A stretch of 64,000 nt of DNA from an uncultured Eubacteriales bacterium (GTDB lineage Bacteria; Bacillota; Clostridia; Christensenellales; Aristaeellaceae): positions 1,668 through 65,667 of the forward strand of contig CACYWL010000018.1 in assembly GCA_902778055.1 (NCBI GenBank). Direction: 5' to 3'. How positions within the stretch are numbered: position 1 is the first letter of the stretch; each line of letters begins with the position of its first letter. The notes under the pieces are model-generated. The model was not told the DNA's origin and did not search any database. It saw nothing but the letters and a program-made list of their open reading frames with translations. The position numbers and the translations under genes are program-made. Below, one piece after another: positions 46,453 through 56,024 of the stretch.

Positions 46453-46662
46453 CGGCCGTCGGCTTCCCCGGTCGCCGCCATGGTCGCAGCGCCGCACTGC
46501 GGCGACTGCTTCCTGCCGGCTCTGTAAACCGCCGACGGTTTTTCCGCCAGCGGCCGTCGGCTTCCCCGGTCGCCGCCATGGTCGCAGCGCCGCACTGCGG
46601 CGACTGCTTCCTGCCGGCTCTGTAAACCGCCGACGGTTTTTCCGCCACAGGCGGCCGTCGGC
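46453..46662. repeat. perfect 98-bp tandem duplication (2 full copies plus an 11-nt start of a third) in the rel-hemZ spacer
   Basis: Unit sequence: cggccgtcggcttccccggtcgccgccatggtcgcagcgccgcactgcggcgactgcttcctgccggctctgtaaaccgccgacggtttttccgcca. It occurs at about 46453-46550 and 46551-46648, differing only at the last base. cggccgtcggc recurs at about 46652. The duplication also shows as repeated peptides in three track ORFs. Confidence 0.85.
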
Positions 46663-46665
46663 GGT

Positions 46666-48873
46666 TTACCCCGTGATGCGGTAAACGTCGAGCACATCCG
46701 CCTTGTTGCGGATCGCCTGAATCACCCGGTCCATCTGCTCCCTTGAGGTCACATCCAGCGTCAGTTTCACGGTGGAGATCCGGGTTCTGTCATCCGTCTG
46801 AACCTGGGCGGCCTTGATGGAGACATTCATTTCCCCGACGATGGAGGCAATTTCGCCCAGCATATTGACCCGGTCATAGACCAGGATCTTGATGGACGCG
46901 TAGAAGGATCCGCCGCTCTCCGAGGCCCATTCCACCGGGATTTTCCGCTCCGGCTCCGCCCCCGCGGCATTGGGACATTCCGCCTTGTGGATGGTAACGC
47001 CCCTTCCCCGGGTGATATATCCCACGATCTCGTCCCCCGGAACGGGGCTGCAGCACCGGGCAAAGCGGATCGGGATATCCAGGTCCTCGTTTTCCGTCAG
47101 CACGATGCCGTGATTGGCCCGCCGCTCCCGCAGCTGCTTTTCATCCGCGATGTCCGGAATCTCCTCCGGAATGACGGGCGCCGACGGCGCCTCCCGGCCC
47201 CTCTGCTCCTCGATCAGGCGGGTGACCACATACTGGGCCGCCATTCCGCCGTAGCCGACCGCGCAGCAGATGTCGTCAAAGTCGCTGAATCCATATTTTT
47301 TCAGCATGGATTCATAGTACTCGGGCTTCAGCAGCTCTCCGAGCCGCACCCCTCTCCGGGCGCACTCGTGCTCGATCATTTCCCGCCCCAGGCTCAGGTT
47401 TTCCTGCCGCAGCTCCTTCTTCAGGTACTGCCGGATCTTGGCCTTGGCCTGCGCCGTCTTGCAGATCCGGATCCAGTCCGAAGAGGGGCCCTTGCTCGAC
47501 GCGGAGGTCATGATCTCGACCCGGTCCCCGGTGGCCAGCTCCGTGTCCAGGGGAACAATTTTCCCGTTCACCCGCGCGCCGACGCATTTGTTTCCGACCG
47601 CGGAGTGAATGCGGTAGGCAAAGTCCAGGGGCGTGGAGCCCTTGGGCATGGAGATCACGTCGCCCTTGGGGGTGAAGAGGAAGACCTCGTCATCAAACAG
47701 GTCGGTCTTCAGGGTGTCCATGAACTCCCGGCTGTCCCGGGTATCGCTGCTCCAGTCCAGGATCTGCCGCACCCAGGTGAGCTTGGCGTCCAGGTCATCC
47801 CCCTTCTCCCGGCCCTCCTTGTACCGCCAGTGCGCGGCGATGCCGTATTCCGCAATCCGGTGCATCTCCCAGGTCCGGATCTGCACCTCGAAGGGGAAGG
47901 GCATTTTCCGCCCGCCCATGACGGTCGTATGCAGGCTCTGGTACATATTGGCCTTCGGCACGGAGATATAGTCCTTGAAGCGTCCCGGCACCTGGTTCCA
48001 CAGCGTGTGGACAATTCCGAGCACGGTGTAGCAGTCCGGCACCGTATCCACGATGACCCGGATGGCGATCAGGTCATAAATCTGGTCAAAGGTCTTATGC
48101 TGAAGGATCATCTTCCGGTAGATCGAATAGAAATGCTTGGACCGGCCGTCGATGTCAAAATGAATATGCTGCTCGTCCAGCTTCGCGCTCAGCTCATCGA
48201 TCACCTGGCGGATGTTCTCCTCCCGTTCGGCCCGCTTCATCCCGACCAGATGGACAATGTTGTTGTATCCGTCCGGATCCAGGTACTTCAGGCTCAGATC
48301 CTCGAGATCCTGCTTCAGCGCATAAACGCCCAGCCGGTGCGCAAGCGGGGCATAGATGTCCAGCGTTTCCCGCGCGATGGCCTTCTGGCGGTCCGGCGTC
48401 TGATAGCGGAGGGTATACATATTGTGAAGCCGGTCCGCCAGCTTGATCAGCACGACCCGGATGTCCCTGCTCATGGCGAGGATCATTTTCCGGACGCTTT
48501 CCGCCTGCGCCTCCTCCCGGTTGGCAAAGTCCAGCTTGTTCAGCTTGGTCACGCCGTCCACCAGCTCAGCCACCTCGTCATTGAACTCTCCGCGCAGCGT
48601 ATCCAGCGTGATGCCTTCGCAGTCCTCCACCGTATCATGCAGCAGCCCCGCCGCGATGGTGGGCGGGTCAATCATCAGATCCGTCAGAATGCTGGCCACA
48701 AAGCAGGGATGAATGAAATAGGGCTCTCCGCTTTTCCGGACCTGCCCGGCATGGGCCTTCTCCGCAAAGTGCCAGGCCTTTTCCACCAGCTGGTAACCGT
48801 CCCCCGGATGATATTTCTGAATCCGCGCCAGCATCGTGCCCAGCGGCATCGCCTCATAGGATGCAAAACTCAT
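46666..48873 (-). CDS. relA: bifunctional (p)ppGpp synthetase/hydrolase (RelA/SpoT homolog)
   Basis: 735 aa. It has the HD hydrolase motif (HDTVEDC), the synthetase region (YQSLHTTV), a TGS domain (FTPKGDVISMPKGSTPLDFAYRIH) and a C-terminal ACT domain. Confidence 0.95.
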   Translation of the reverse strand: MSFASYEAMPLGTMLARIQKYHPGDGYQLVEKAWHFAEKAHAGQVRKSGEPYFIHPCFVASILTDLMIDPPTIAAGLLHDTVEDCEGITLDTLRGEFNDEVAELVDGVTKLNKLDFANREEAQAESVRKMILAMSRDIRVVLIKLADRLHNMYTLRYQTPDRQKAIARETLDIYAPLAHRLGVYALKQDLEDLSLKYLDPDGYNNIVHLVGMKRAEREENIRQVIDELSAKLDEQHIHFDIDGRSKHFYSIYRKMILQHKTFDQIYDLIAIRVIVDTVPDCYTVLGIVHTLWNQVPGRFKDYISVPKANMYQSLHTTVMGGRKMPFPFEVQIRTWEMHRIAEYGIAAHWRYKEGREKGDDLDAKLTWVRQILDWSSDTRDSREFMDTLKTDLFDDEVFLFTPKGDVISMPKGSTPLDFAYRIHSAVGNKCVGARVNGKIVPLDTELATGDRVEIMTSASSKGPSSDWIRICKTAQAKAKIRQYLKKELRQENLSLGREMIEHECARRGVRLGELLKPEYYESMLKKYGFSDFDDICCAVGYGGMAAQYVVTRLIEEQRGREAPSAPVIPEEIPDIADEKQLRERRANHGIVLTENEDLDIPIRFARCCSPVPGDEIVGYITRGRGVTIHKAECPNAAGAEPERKIPVEWASESGGSFYASIKILVYDRVNMLGEIASIVGEMNVSIKAAQVQTDDRTRISTVKLTLDVTSREQMDRVIQAIRNKADVLDVYRITG

Positions 48874-48928
48874 TTCATTCCCCCCTTCCTGTCCTCTTCC
48901 GCAGCCCTCCGCAGCCGGAACGGCCGCC

Positions 48929-51004
48929 TCAGCTCCGGGGCCCGGCAGCCGTCAGGCTCTGCATGTACCGCACCGCCGGGCTGCTCTCCGGATCGATTTT
49001 TCGGACCGGCAGCATCCGAAGCCGGAAGGGCGTTCTCTGCCATTCCAGCAGCCCCAGCTGCTCAAAGGCCGTCAGCGCGAAGAGCACCTGCTCCGGCGCG
49101 GCCCCGCTTTCTTCGCAGAGCTGCCGCAGTCCGCCCTCTCCCGGCGCGAAATCCCTGATCCGGCGGTACATGTCCCGCAGCGCCTCCGTGGAGGCGTCCA
49201 CCCCGGCCAGCCGTTCCTTCAGCAGATGCTCCGGCCGCAGCCCGGCCCGTCCCGGGATATGCTCTGTCCCATTCGCCGAGAGCCGGCTCATTTCCTGCAG
49301 ACAGCGCAGAAAAAAGTCCTCCGGATCCCCCGCCGGTTCCGCTTCTCCGGCTCCGCCCGCGGGGCGGATTGCCAGCACCTGCATCTGCGGGGTGATTCTC
49401 CCGTTGAATTCATTCCGGTCCGGCCGGAACAGCACGTCCGTCCGCTCTCCCGCCCGGCTCCCCTCGTCCGCCAGGCCGAAGCCGATACCGTCCCGGACGG
49501 CCTGCCCCTCCAGCAGCGTCAGCTTCAGGTGGCTCCGGTCCTTTCCGACCGCCCGGGCGCTCTGGACAAACGCGCTGCGGCACCGAAAGACCGGCGGCGG
49601 GTTCCCGAAGCCCACCGGTTCCAGCGCCTCCAGAGCGGCCGCCGTCTCCAGCGTCACCTGTTCGAGGGGCATTTCGCTGTCGTATTCGCGGACCGGCACG
49701 AAGCAAGCCTCCGCGCAGTTTTCCCGGATCGCCCGGTTCAGCCGCTCCCGCAGCTCCGGAATTCTGTCCGCCGGGACCGTCAGCCCCGCAGCCTGCTCAT
49801 GCCCTCCGAAGCGCACAAAAAGGTCCGCGCACAGATTCAGCATCTGCCAGATATTGACCCCGGGGATGGACCTGCAGCTGCCCACGGCGGTTTCTCCCTG
49901 CCGGCTCAGCACCACAACGGGATGATGGAATCTCTCGCAGAGCTTGCCCGCCGCCAGGCCGATCAGCCCGGTGTTCCATCCCTCGCCCTCCAGAATGACG
50001 GCCCGGTCCCGCCTCAGATCCACCTGTTCCGGGAAGACGCGCAGCGCCTCCTCCAGGATCTGCCTCTCCTGTTCCTGCCTGCTGCGGTTGTTCTCCTCCA
50101 GCTCCCTCGCCAGCGCTTCGGCCTCCTCCGGATCCTCCGTCATCAGCAGGCGAACTCCCCGTGCCGCATCCCCCAGCCGACCCGCGGCATTCAGCCGGGG
50201 CGCCAGCCGGAAGGCGATATCGTCGGCGCGCATGGGAAGGGTGATGCCCGCATTTTTCATCAGGGCCCTCAGCCCGGGGCGGGCCGTCTCTGCCATTCGC
50301 CGCATCCCTTCCCGGACAATCAGCCGGTTTTCATCCGTCAGCGGAACGATGTCCGCCACCGTGGCCAGCGCCGCGATCTCCAGCCTGCGCGCCGTCCCGG
50401 CGTCCCCCTGGAGGGCCTGGCAGAGCTTGAGAGCCACCCCGGCGCCGCAGAGGCGGCGGAAGGGATAGTCCCCCAGCAGCGGATTCAGCACCGCGTCCGC
50501 GGGCGGCAGCGAAGCGGGCAGTTCATGGTGATCCGTGACAATGACCTCCAGGCCCAGGCTCTTCGCCAGCCGGACCTCGTCCGCGCTGGCAATCCCGCAG
50601 TCCACGGTGATCAGCATCCCGTATTTCTCCGCGATCTCCCGCACCGCCTTCTCGTTCAGCCCGTATCCCTCGGTCTGGCGGCAGGGAATCCGGAAGTCCG
50701 CCTCCGCCCTCTCCTCCCGCAGGGTCTCCAGCAGAATGGTAACGGCGCTGATCCCGTCCACGTCGTAGTCCCCGTAGACCAGGATGCGTTTTCCCTCCGC
50801 GATGGCCCCGCGGATCAGGCGCACCGCCCGGTCCATGTCCTGCATTCGCTCCGGCGGGTGCAGATCCTCCATCCGGGGATGCAGGAATTTTTCCGCCTTC
50901 TCCGGCGTATCAATTCCCCGGGCCCACAGCAGCTCGCTCTCCCAGGCCGGCAGCCCGGGCAGCGTCCCCGCCGTCCCGGAAAACCGCTTTCTGAATTCCT
51001 GCAC
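48929..51004 (-). CDS. recJ: single-stranded-DNA-specific exonuclease RecJ
   Basis: DHH family motifs are GDYDVDGISA and VTDHHE. The track ORF (to 51277) overlaps secF and its terminator. I start at the GTG of codon 92 (VQEFRKRF), which has an AGGAAG SD. That start is uncertain. Confidence 0.85.
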   Translation of the reverse strand: MQEFRKRFSGTAGTLPGLPAWESELLWARGIDTPEKAEKFLHPRMEDLHPPERMQDMDRAVRLIRGAIAEGKRILVYGDYDVDGISAVTILLETLREERAEADFRIPCRQTEGYGLNEKAVREIAEKYGMLITVDCGIASADEVRLAKSLGLEVIVTDHHELPASLPPADAVLNPLLGDYPFRRLCGAGVALKLCQALQGDAGTARRLEIAALATVADIVPLTDENRLIVREGMRRMAETARPGLRALMKNAGITLPMRADDIAFRLAPRLNAAGRLGDAARGVRLLMTEDPEEAEALARELEENNRSRQEQERQILEEALRVFPEQVDLRRDRAVILEGEGWNTGLIGLAAGKLCERFHHPVVVLSRQGETAVGSCRSIPGVNIWQMLNLCADLFVRFGGHEQAAGLTVPADRIPELRERLNRAIRENCAEACFVPVREYDSEMPLEQVTLETAAALEALEPVGFGNPPPVFRCRSAFVQSARAVGKDRSHLKLTLLEGQAVRDGIGFGLADEGSRAGERTDVLFRPDRNEFNGRITPQMQVLAIRPAGGAGEAEPAGDPEDFFLRCLQEMSRLSANGTEHIPGRAGLRPEHLLKERLAGVDASTEALRDMYRRIRDFAPGEGGLRQLCEESGAAPEQVLFALTAFEQLGLLEWQRTPFRLRMLPVRKIDPESSPAVRYMQSLTAAGPRS

Positions 51005-51087
51005 CCGTTTCTTCCTCTCTTTCCTCCGGCTCCGGCTTTTCCCCGGGGCCTGCTTCCCGGCTTCCTTTGCCCGCAGATCCCTCCCGG

Positions 51088-51120
51088 AAAAAAGGAGACC
51101 GCCGGACCGGCGGTCTCCTT
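51088..51120 (-). terminator. rho-independent terminator after secF
   Basis: The minus strand reads aaggagaccgccgg-t-ccggcggtctcctt followed by TTTTTT. Confidence 0.8.
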
Positions 51121-51135
51121 CTGCTTCCGGCAGAT

Positions 51136-52023
51136 TTATTTTTTCCTCGCCCGGCGCTTTTCTTCCAGATACGCCCAGACATATCCGTTGATCATGTTGG
51201 CGCTGTAGACGCCGCTCAGAATGCCGACGATGATCGGCAGGGCAAACTCGCGGATGCTCGCCACGCCCAGGATGCACAGCGCCACGATGGTGATCAGCGT
51301 GGTCGCGGTGGTGGTCAGGGTGCGCCCGAGGCTCTCGCGGATGGAGATGTTGGTCACCTCGGCCCGCGGCATATTCGGATACTTCTTCGCATTCTCACGG
51401 ATCCGGTCGAAGATCACGATCGTGTTGTTGATGGAATATCCGACGATGGTCAGCGCCGCGGCGATGAAGGAGGAATTCATCTGAATGAAGCTGCGGAAGA
51501 TGACCATGAAGCTCAGCATGATCAGCACGTCATGCAGCAGCCCGAACACGGCGGAAAGTCCGCTGTTCAGGTCGAACCGGATCGCAATGTAAACCAGCAT
51601 CAGCGCCGCGGCCAGCAGCACGGAGATCACCGCGTTGCGGACCAGCGTGGCGCCGGCCACAGGTCCGACGTAGTTCACGTCGCCGACGGATTCGGCCTCC
51701 GGATATTTTTCCTTCAGCTTTTCCTCAAACTGAGCCTGGATGTTCTGAATGTCATCCTGGGCCACATCCTTGATGCGGATAACGGCCTCGCTCTCCCCGC
51801 TGCCCTGATAGGTCACGGTGCTGGAGGCAATACCCATGCCGCTGAGAATCGCTTCGATGTCGCCCTTCTCCGCCTGCTGCTTGAGGTTATACTCCATGGA
51901 CAGGCCGCCCTCGAAATCGATGCCCAGGTTGATCCCATGACCGAAAACGGTCAGAATCAGCGCCAGAGCGATGATCGCGCAGGAGATGATCAGGCAGGTC
52001 TTGGAACGGTTCTGAATTTTCAT
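51136..52023 (-). CDS. secF: protein translocase subunit SecF
   Basis: 295 aa with a 6-TM topology and SecF motifs (GIDFEGG, IVGYSINNTIVIFDRIRE). The start overlaps the secD stop. Confidence 0.9.
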   Translation of the reverse strand: MKIQNRSKTCLIISCAIIALALILTVFGHGINLGIDFEGGLSMEYNLKQQAEKGDIEAILSGMGIASSTVTYQGSGESEAVIRIKDVAQDDIQNIQAQFEEKLKEKYPEAESVGDVNYVGPVAGATLVRNAVISVLLAAALMLVYIAIRFDLNSGLSAVFGLLHDVLIMLSFMVIFRSFIQMNSSFIAAALTIVGYSINNTIVIFDRIRENAKKYPNMPRAEVTNISIRESLGRTLTTTATTLITIVALCILGVASIREFALPIIVGILSGVYSANMINGYVWAYLEEKRRARKK

Positions 52024-53339
52024 TGCGCCTCAACCTCCTTTCCCGCGCTGACTTTGGTGTACAGGCTCTCCTTGACGCACCCGGCGTTCACCAGGCGGTT
52101 CATCAGGAACCGGGTCACCAGAATCGCGGAGAACATGGAAACCACAACGCCCAGCAGCAGCGTCCTGGCAAAGCCCTGGATGGAACCCGTGCCGTAAATC
52201 AGCAGGACGACGCCCGCGATCAGGGTGGTCACGTTCGAGTCGAGAATCGCACTCATGGCATTGCGGAAGCCTGTACGCACGGCAACCTTGACGCTCTTGC
52301 CCGCGCGGATCTCCTCGTTGAAGCGTTCAAAAATGATGACGTTGGCATCCACCGCCATGCCGATGCCCAGCACCACGCCGGCCAGGCCGGGCAGCGTCAG
52401 CTGGATGCGGAACACGGCGATGAGCATGAACAGCACGATCGTGTAGATGGCCAGGGCCCAGGAGGCCACCACGCCGTTGAGGCGGTACCGCACGATCATC
52501 AGCAGCATCACCAGGAGAATGCCGATCACTGCGGCCAGCACGCTGGTGCTCAGCGCGTCGCGGCCCAGGGTGGCGGACACCTTGTCCACCTTCTGCTGCG
52601 TCAGCTCCAGGGGCAGGGCGCCGCTCTGAATCTTGGCGGCGATGGTCGTCGCGCGTTCGGCGCTGCCCATGCCGTTGATCACGCCGGAGCCGTTGGTAAT
52701 CGCGTTCTGCACGGTCGGGGAAATCAGCTCCTCGCCGTCCAGATAGATGGAGATCCGCCGGCCGACGTTCGCCGCGGTCATGTCCGCGAAGATCTTCGCG
52801 CCCTCTTCCGTCAGCGTGAAGGCCACCTGATGGTCGCCCTCGGCGTAGTAGTAGGTCGCGGTCTTGACCATGTCACCGGTCATGAACACTTCGCCGTTGG
52901 GATCCCGGAACTCCAGCTTGGCCGCCGCGCCGATCAGATCCAGCACGGTATCGTCCTGCACGTCCGGAATCTCCACCCGGATCCCGTCGCCGCCGATCTG
53001 CTGCACGTTGACTTCCGTGAAGCCCTTGTCGGCCAGGCGCTGCTGAATAATGGACATGGTGCCGTTCATCAGGGATCCGAAGTCCGCCTCCGAGCCCTCC
53101 GGCGCCTTCGCCGAATATTCAACATACATGCCGCCGCGCAGATCCAGGCCCAGGGGAAGCACCTGAGGCCAGCTGTCCGCATTGGTCGTCGGCAGCCAGG
53201 GCATCACCCGGTACAGCCCGCGGGGCGGAATGGCCCACCCGTTCGCGCCGAGCAGCGCCAGCACGATTGTGCAGATCAGCACAATGCACAGCGCGACAAT
53301 GGACCCGGTCCTGCTGCCGCGCCTTTTGTTGGATTTCAT
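52020..53339 (-). CDS. secD: protein translocase subunit SecD
   Basis: Track ORF trimmed to MKSNKRRGSRTGSIVAL (AGGAGG SD). Motifs are LGLDLRGG and GMAVDANVIIFERFNEE. Confidence 0.9.
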   Translation of the reverse strand: MKSNKRRGSRTGSIVALCIVLICTIVLALLGANGWAIPPRGLYRVMPWLPTTNADSWPQVLPLGLDLRGGMYVEYSAKAPEGSEADFGSLMNGTMSIIQQRLADKGFTEVNVQQIGGDGIRVEIPDVQDDTVLDLIGAAAKLEFRDPNGEVFMTGDMVKTATYYYAEGDHQVAFTLTEEGAKIFADMTAANVGRRISIYLDGEELISPTVQNAITNGSGVINGMGSAERATTIAAKIQSGALPLELTQQKVDKVSATLGRDALSTSVLAAVIGILLVMLLMIVRYRLNGVVASWALAIYTIVLFMLIAVFRIQLTLPGLAGVVLGIGMAVDANVIIFERFNEEIRAGKSVKVAVRTGFRNAMSAILDSNVTTLIAGVVLLIYGTGSIQGFARTLLLGVVVSMFSAILVTRFLMNRLVNAGCVKESLYTKVSAGKEVEAQ

Positions 53340-53376
53340 GACAATCCATCCTCCTTCGTATAAACGCAATGAAAGG

Positions 53377-53405
53377 ATTATAAACCTCTTCCCTTTTTTC
53401 GTCAA
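53377..53405 (-). promoter_or_regulatory. sigma-70 promoter of secDF
   Basis: The minus strand reads TTGACG, a 17-nt spacer, then TATAAT, about 37 nt upstream of the secD ATG. Confidence 0.6.
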
Positions 53406-53436
53406 GGCGCGCCGGGAGGCCTTCCGGGGCCTTCTT

Positions 53437-54351
53437 TCAGAACAGCGCCTCCACAAAATCCTTCGCGTTGAAGGGCTGCAGATCATCAATTCCCTCGCCG
53501 ACGCCGATGTACCAGACCGGCACCTCCAGCTCCTGTCGGATGGCCAGCGCAATGCCGCCCTTGGCCGTGCCGTCCAGCTTGGTCAGGATGATGCCGCCGA
53601 TTTCCGCGACCTCCTTGAAGGCCCGGGCCTGCTGCAGGCCGTTTTGCCCGGTCGTCGCGTCCAGCACAAGGATGCATCGGGTGTCCGCCTCCGGATACTC
53701 CCGGTCGATGACCCGGCGCATCTTGTTCAGCTCGTCCATCAGGTTCTTCTTGTTGTGCAGCCGCCCGGCGGTATCCACGATCAGCAGATCCGCCCCCTGG
53801 GCCTTCGCGCTCTGGATGGCGTCATAGACCACGGCCGCCGGGTCCGCTCCCTCCTCGTGCTTCACGATCGGCACCCTGGCCCGCTCAGCCCAGACCGTCA
53901 GCTGCTCCGCCGCCGCCGCGCGGAAGGTATCCCCCGCGCAGAGCATGACACGCCGGCCGATCGTCTGGAAGCGCAGGGCCAGCTTGCCGATGGTCGTCGT
54001 CTTGCCGACCCCGTTGACCCCGACCATCAGCATCACCATCGGCCATCTCAGCGGCGGACGGGGAACATCCATCTGCTCGACCATGATCTCCTTCAGCATT
54101 TCCCGCGCGGCGGCCGCGTCCTTCACATTCCCCGCCTTCACGCGTCTGCGGAGCTCGTCGGTGATCACCGTGGTCGCCTTCAGGCCGCAGTCCGCCATCA
54201 CGAGGATGTCCTCCAGCTCCTCGTAGAAATCCTCGTCCACCTTCCGGTTTTCCCGGACCATCTCGTCGACCTTTTCGGTCATATTTCCCCGGGTTTTGCT
54301 CAGCCCCTGCCGAAGACGGGCAAAAAGGCCCTTTTTCTTCTCGTCGCTCAC
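53437..54351 (-). CDS. ftsY: signal recognition particle receptor FtsY
   Basis: GTPase motifs are GVNGVGKTTTIGKLA, DTAGR and TKLDGTAKGG. The start is set at the GTG of codon 45 (VSDEKKKGLFARL) with a GGGAGG SD. A good promoter lies inside the longer track ORF. Confidence 0.9.
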   Translation of the reverse strand: MSDEKKKGLFARLRQGLSKTRGNMTEKVDEMVRENRKVDEDFYEELEDILVMADCGLKATTVITDELRRRVKAGNVKDAAAAREMLKEIMVEQMDVPRPPLRWPMVMLMVGVNGVGKTTTIGKLALRFQTIGRRVMLCAGDTFRAAAAEQLTVWAERARVPIVKHEEGADPAAVVYDAIQSAKAQGADLLIVDTAGRLHNKKNLMDELNKMRRVIDREYPEADTRCILVLDATTGQNGLQQARAFKEVAEIGGIILTKLDGTAKGGIALAIRQELEVPVWYIGVGEGIDDLQPFNAKDFVEALF

Positions 54352-54439
54352 TTTTTTCCTCCCGTTTCGCGCCGCTCGGCTCTCCGCTCCGCCGCGCGTT
54401 TTTCCGGTTCTCCGGCCTTTCCTGCGGCCGCCGGCAGGA

Positions 54440-54468
54440 ATCATACCACAAAAGCACAGCCCTTTCAA
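54440..54468 (-). promoter_or_regulatory. sigma-70 promoter of ftsY
   Basis: The minus strand reads TTGAAA, a 17-nt spacer, then TATGAT (TGg extended -10). It is back-to-back with the glyQS promoter. Confidence 0.55.
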
Positions 54469-54476
54469 TCTTCTCC

Positions 54477-54505
54477 TTGACAAACCAGACGCCGGATTTT
54501 AAGAT
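54477..54505 (+). promoter_or_regulatory. sigma-70 promoter of glyQS
   Basis: TTGACA, a 17-nt spacer, then TAAGAT, about 45 nt upstream of the ATG. The leader is too short for a T-box. Confidence 0.55.
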
Positions 54506-54549
54506 TAATTGTTCACTGGTATTATGGTGTATTTGGAGGAAAAACGGCT

Positions 54550-55929
54550 ATGGCGGAACTGACGATGGACAGGCTGGTGGCGCTCTGCAAGGGCAGAGGC
54601 TTTATTTTCGCTGGCTCCGAGATTTACGGCGGTCTGGCGAACACCTGGGATTACGGTCCCCTCGGCGTGGAGCTGAAAAACAACATTAAAAAGGCCTGGT
54701 GGCAGAAGTTTGTCCAGGAAAGCAAGTACAATACCGGCCTGGACTCCGCCATTCTGATGAACCGGGAGGTCTGGGTCGCCAGCGGGCACGTCGGCGGCTT
54801 CAACGATCCGCTGATGGACTGCAAGGCCTGCAAGGCCCGTTTCCGCGCGGACAAGCTGATCGAGGATTTCACGAAGGGCGAGGAAACCGGCGACGGCTGG
54901 ACCAATGCCGAGCTGGAGGAGTACATCGGCTCCCATGACATCGTCTGCCCGGTCTGCGGGAAGAAGGATTTTACCGGCATCCGCCAGTTCAATCTGATGT
55001 TCAAGACCTTTGCCGGCGTGAATGAGGACAGCGCCAATGAGATCTACCTCCGTCCGGAGACGGCGCAGGGCATCTTCGTCAATTTCCAGAACGTGATGCG
55101 GACAACGAGGAAGAAGCTTCCCGCCGGCATCGCCCAGATCGGCAAATCCTTCCGGAATGAGATCACCCCCGGCAACTTCATCTTCCGCGTCCGCGAGTTC
55201 GAGCAGATGGAGCTGGAGTTCTTCTGCAAGCCCGGCGAGGATCTGGAATGGTTCAATTACTGGCGTTCCTTCTGCAGGGACTGGCTGCTCTCCCTGGGTA
55301 TCCGGGAGGAAAGCCTCCGTCTGCGGGATCATGAGCCGGAAAAGCTCGCCTTCTATTCCAAGGCGACGACGGACTTCGAATTCCTCTTCCCCTTCGGCTG
55401 GGGCGAGCTCTGGGGCGTGGCGGACCGGACGGATTACGATCTGACCCAGCATCAGAATCATTCCGGCAAAACCATGGAGTATCTGGATCCCGTGACCAAT
55501 GAGAAGTATATCCCCTACTGCATCGAGCCCTCCCTGGGCGTGGACCGGATGCTTCTGGCCTTCCTCTGCAATGCCTATGAGGAGCAGGAGCTGGAGGGCG
55601 GCGATGTCCGCACCGTGCTGCACCTGCACCCGGCGCTCGCGCCCTACAAGGCGGCGGTGCTCCCCCTGCAGAAGAACAAGCTCGGCGCCCTGGCCTCGGA
55701 GATTCACGCGGAGCTCACGAAATACTTCCCCGTGGAGTATGATGAAACCGGCTCCATCGGAAAGCGCTACCGCCGTCAGGACGAGATCGGTACCCCCTTC
55801 TCCATCTGTGTGGATTTCGAAACGGAGGAAACCCGTTCCGTCACCATCCGCGACAGGGACACCATGGAGCAGGTCCGCGTTCCGCTGGATCAGATCCGTG
55901 GATGGATTGAGGAGCGCATGCGGTTCTGA
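54550..55929 (+). CDS. glyQS: glycine--tRNA ligase (homodimeric class II type)
   Basis: 459 aa with [28 protein letters not shown] and [25 protein letters not shown]. Confidence 0.95.
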   Translation: MAELTMDRLVALCKGRGFIFAGSEIYGGLANTWDYGPLGVELKNNIKKAWWQKFVQESKYNTGLDSAILMNREVWVASGHVGGFNDPLMDCKACKARFRADKLIEDFTKGEETGDGWTNAELEEYIGSHDIVCPVCGKKDFTGIRQFNLMFKTFAGVNEDSANEIYLRPETAQGIFVNFQNVMRTTRKKLPAGIAQIGKSFRNEITPGNFIFRVREFEQMELEFFCKPGEDLEWFNYWRSFCRDWLLSLGIREESLRLRDHEPEKLAFYSKATTDFEFLFPFGWGELWGVADRTDYDLTQHQNHSGKTMEYLDPVTNEKYIPYCIEPSLGVDRMLLAFLCNAYEEQELEGGDVRTVLHLHPALAPYKAAVLPLQKNKLGALASEIHAELTKYFPVEYDETGSIGKRYRRQDEIGTPFSICVDFETEETRSVTIRDRDTMEQVRVPLDQIRGWIEERMRF

Positions 55930-55950
55930 TTCCGCGCCCCGGCCGCGGAA

Positions 55951-55979
55951 GCGCCCTTCCGCGGCCGGAAGGGCGCTTT
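55951..55979 (+). terminator. rho-independent terminator after glyQS
   Basis: gcgcccttccg-cggc-cggaagggcgc is followed by TTTG. Confidence 0.6.
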
Positions 55980-56024
55980 GCTGTACCCGGTGTTTTTCCG
56001 CCGGTTTGGTCTCGGGAGGAAAGA

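Noticed and set aside
46430-46648. A 73-codon N-terminal extension of the hemZ ORF, plus ORFs 46035..46697, 46126..46497 and 46398..46625.
   Set aside because: They are translations of the 98-bp tandem repeat (duplicated peptides, R/A/G-rich). The conserved HemZ sequence starts at MAKISEYL.
46453-46662. The tandem repeat as a possible CRISPR array.
   Set aside because: The copies are directly adjacent with no spacers, there are only about 2.1 copies, the unit is 98 nt long, and there are no cas genes in the window.
51005-51277. A longer RecJ N-terminus starting at 51277.
   Set aside because: It would overlap the secF coding end and read through the strong secF terminator. The extension is R/G-rich and unlike RecJ. 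No ATG exists between 51136 and the conserved region, so a GTG with an SD was chosen at moderate confidence.
54352-54483. A longer FtsY N-terminus starting at 54483.
   Set aside because: A good TTGAAA-17-TATGAT promoter lies inside it, the extension is R/G-rich, and a GTG with a GGGAGG SD precedes the conserved acidic/basic FtsY N-terminal segment.
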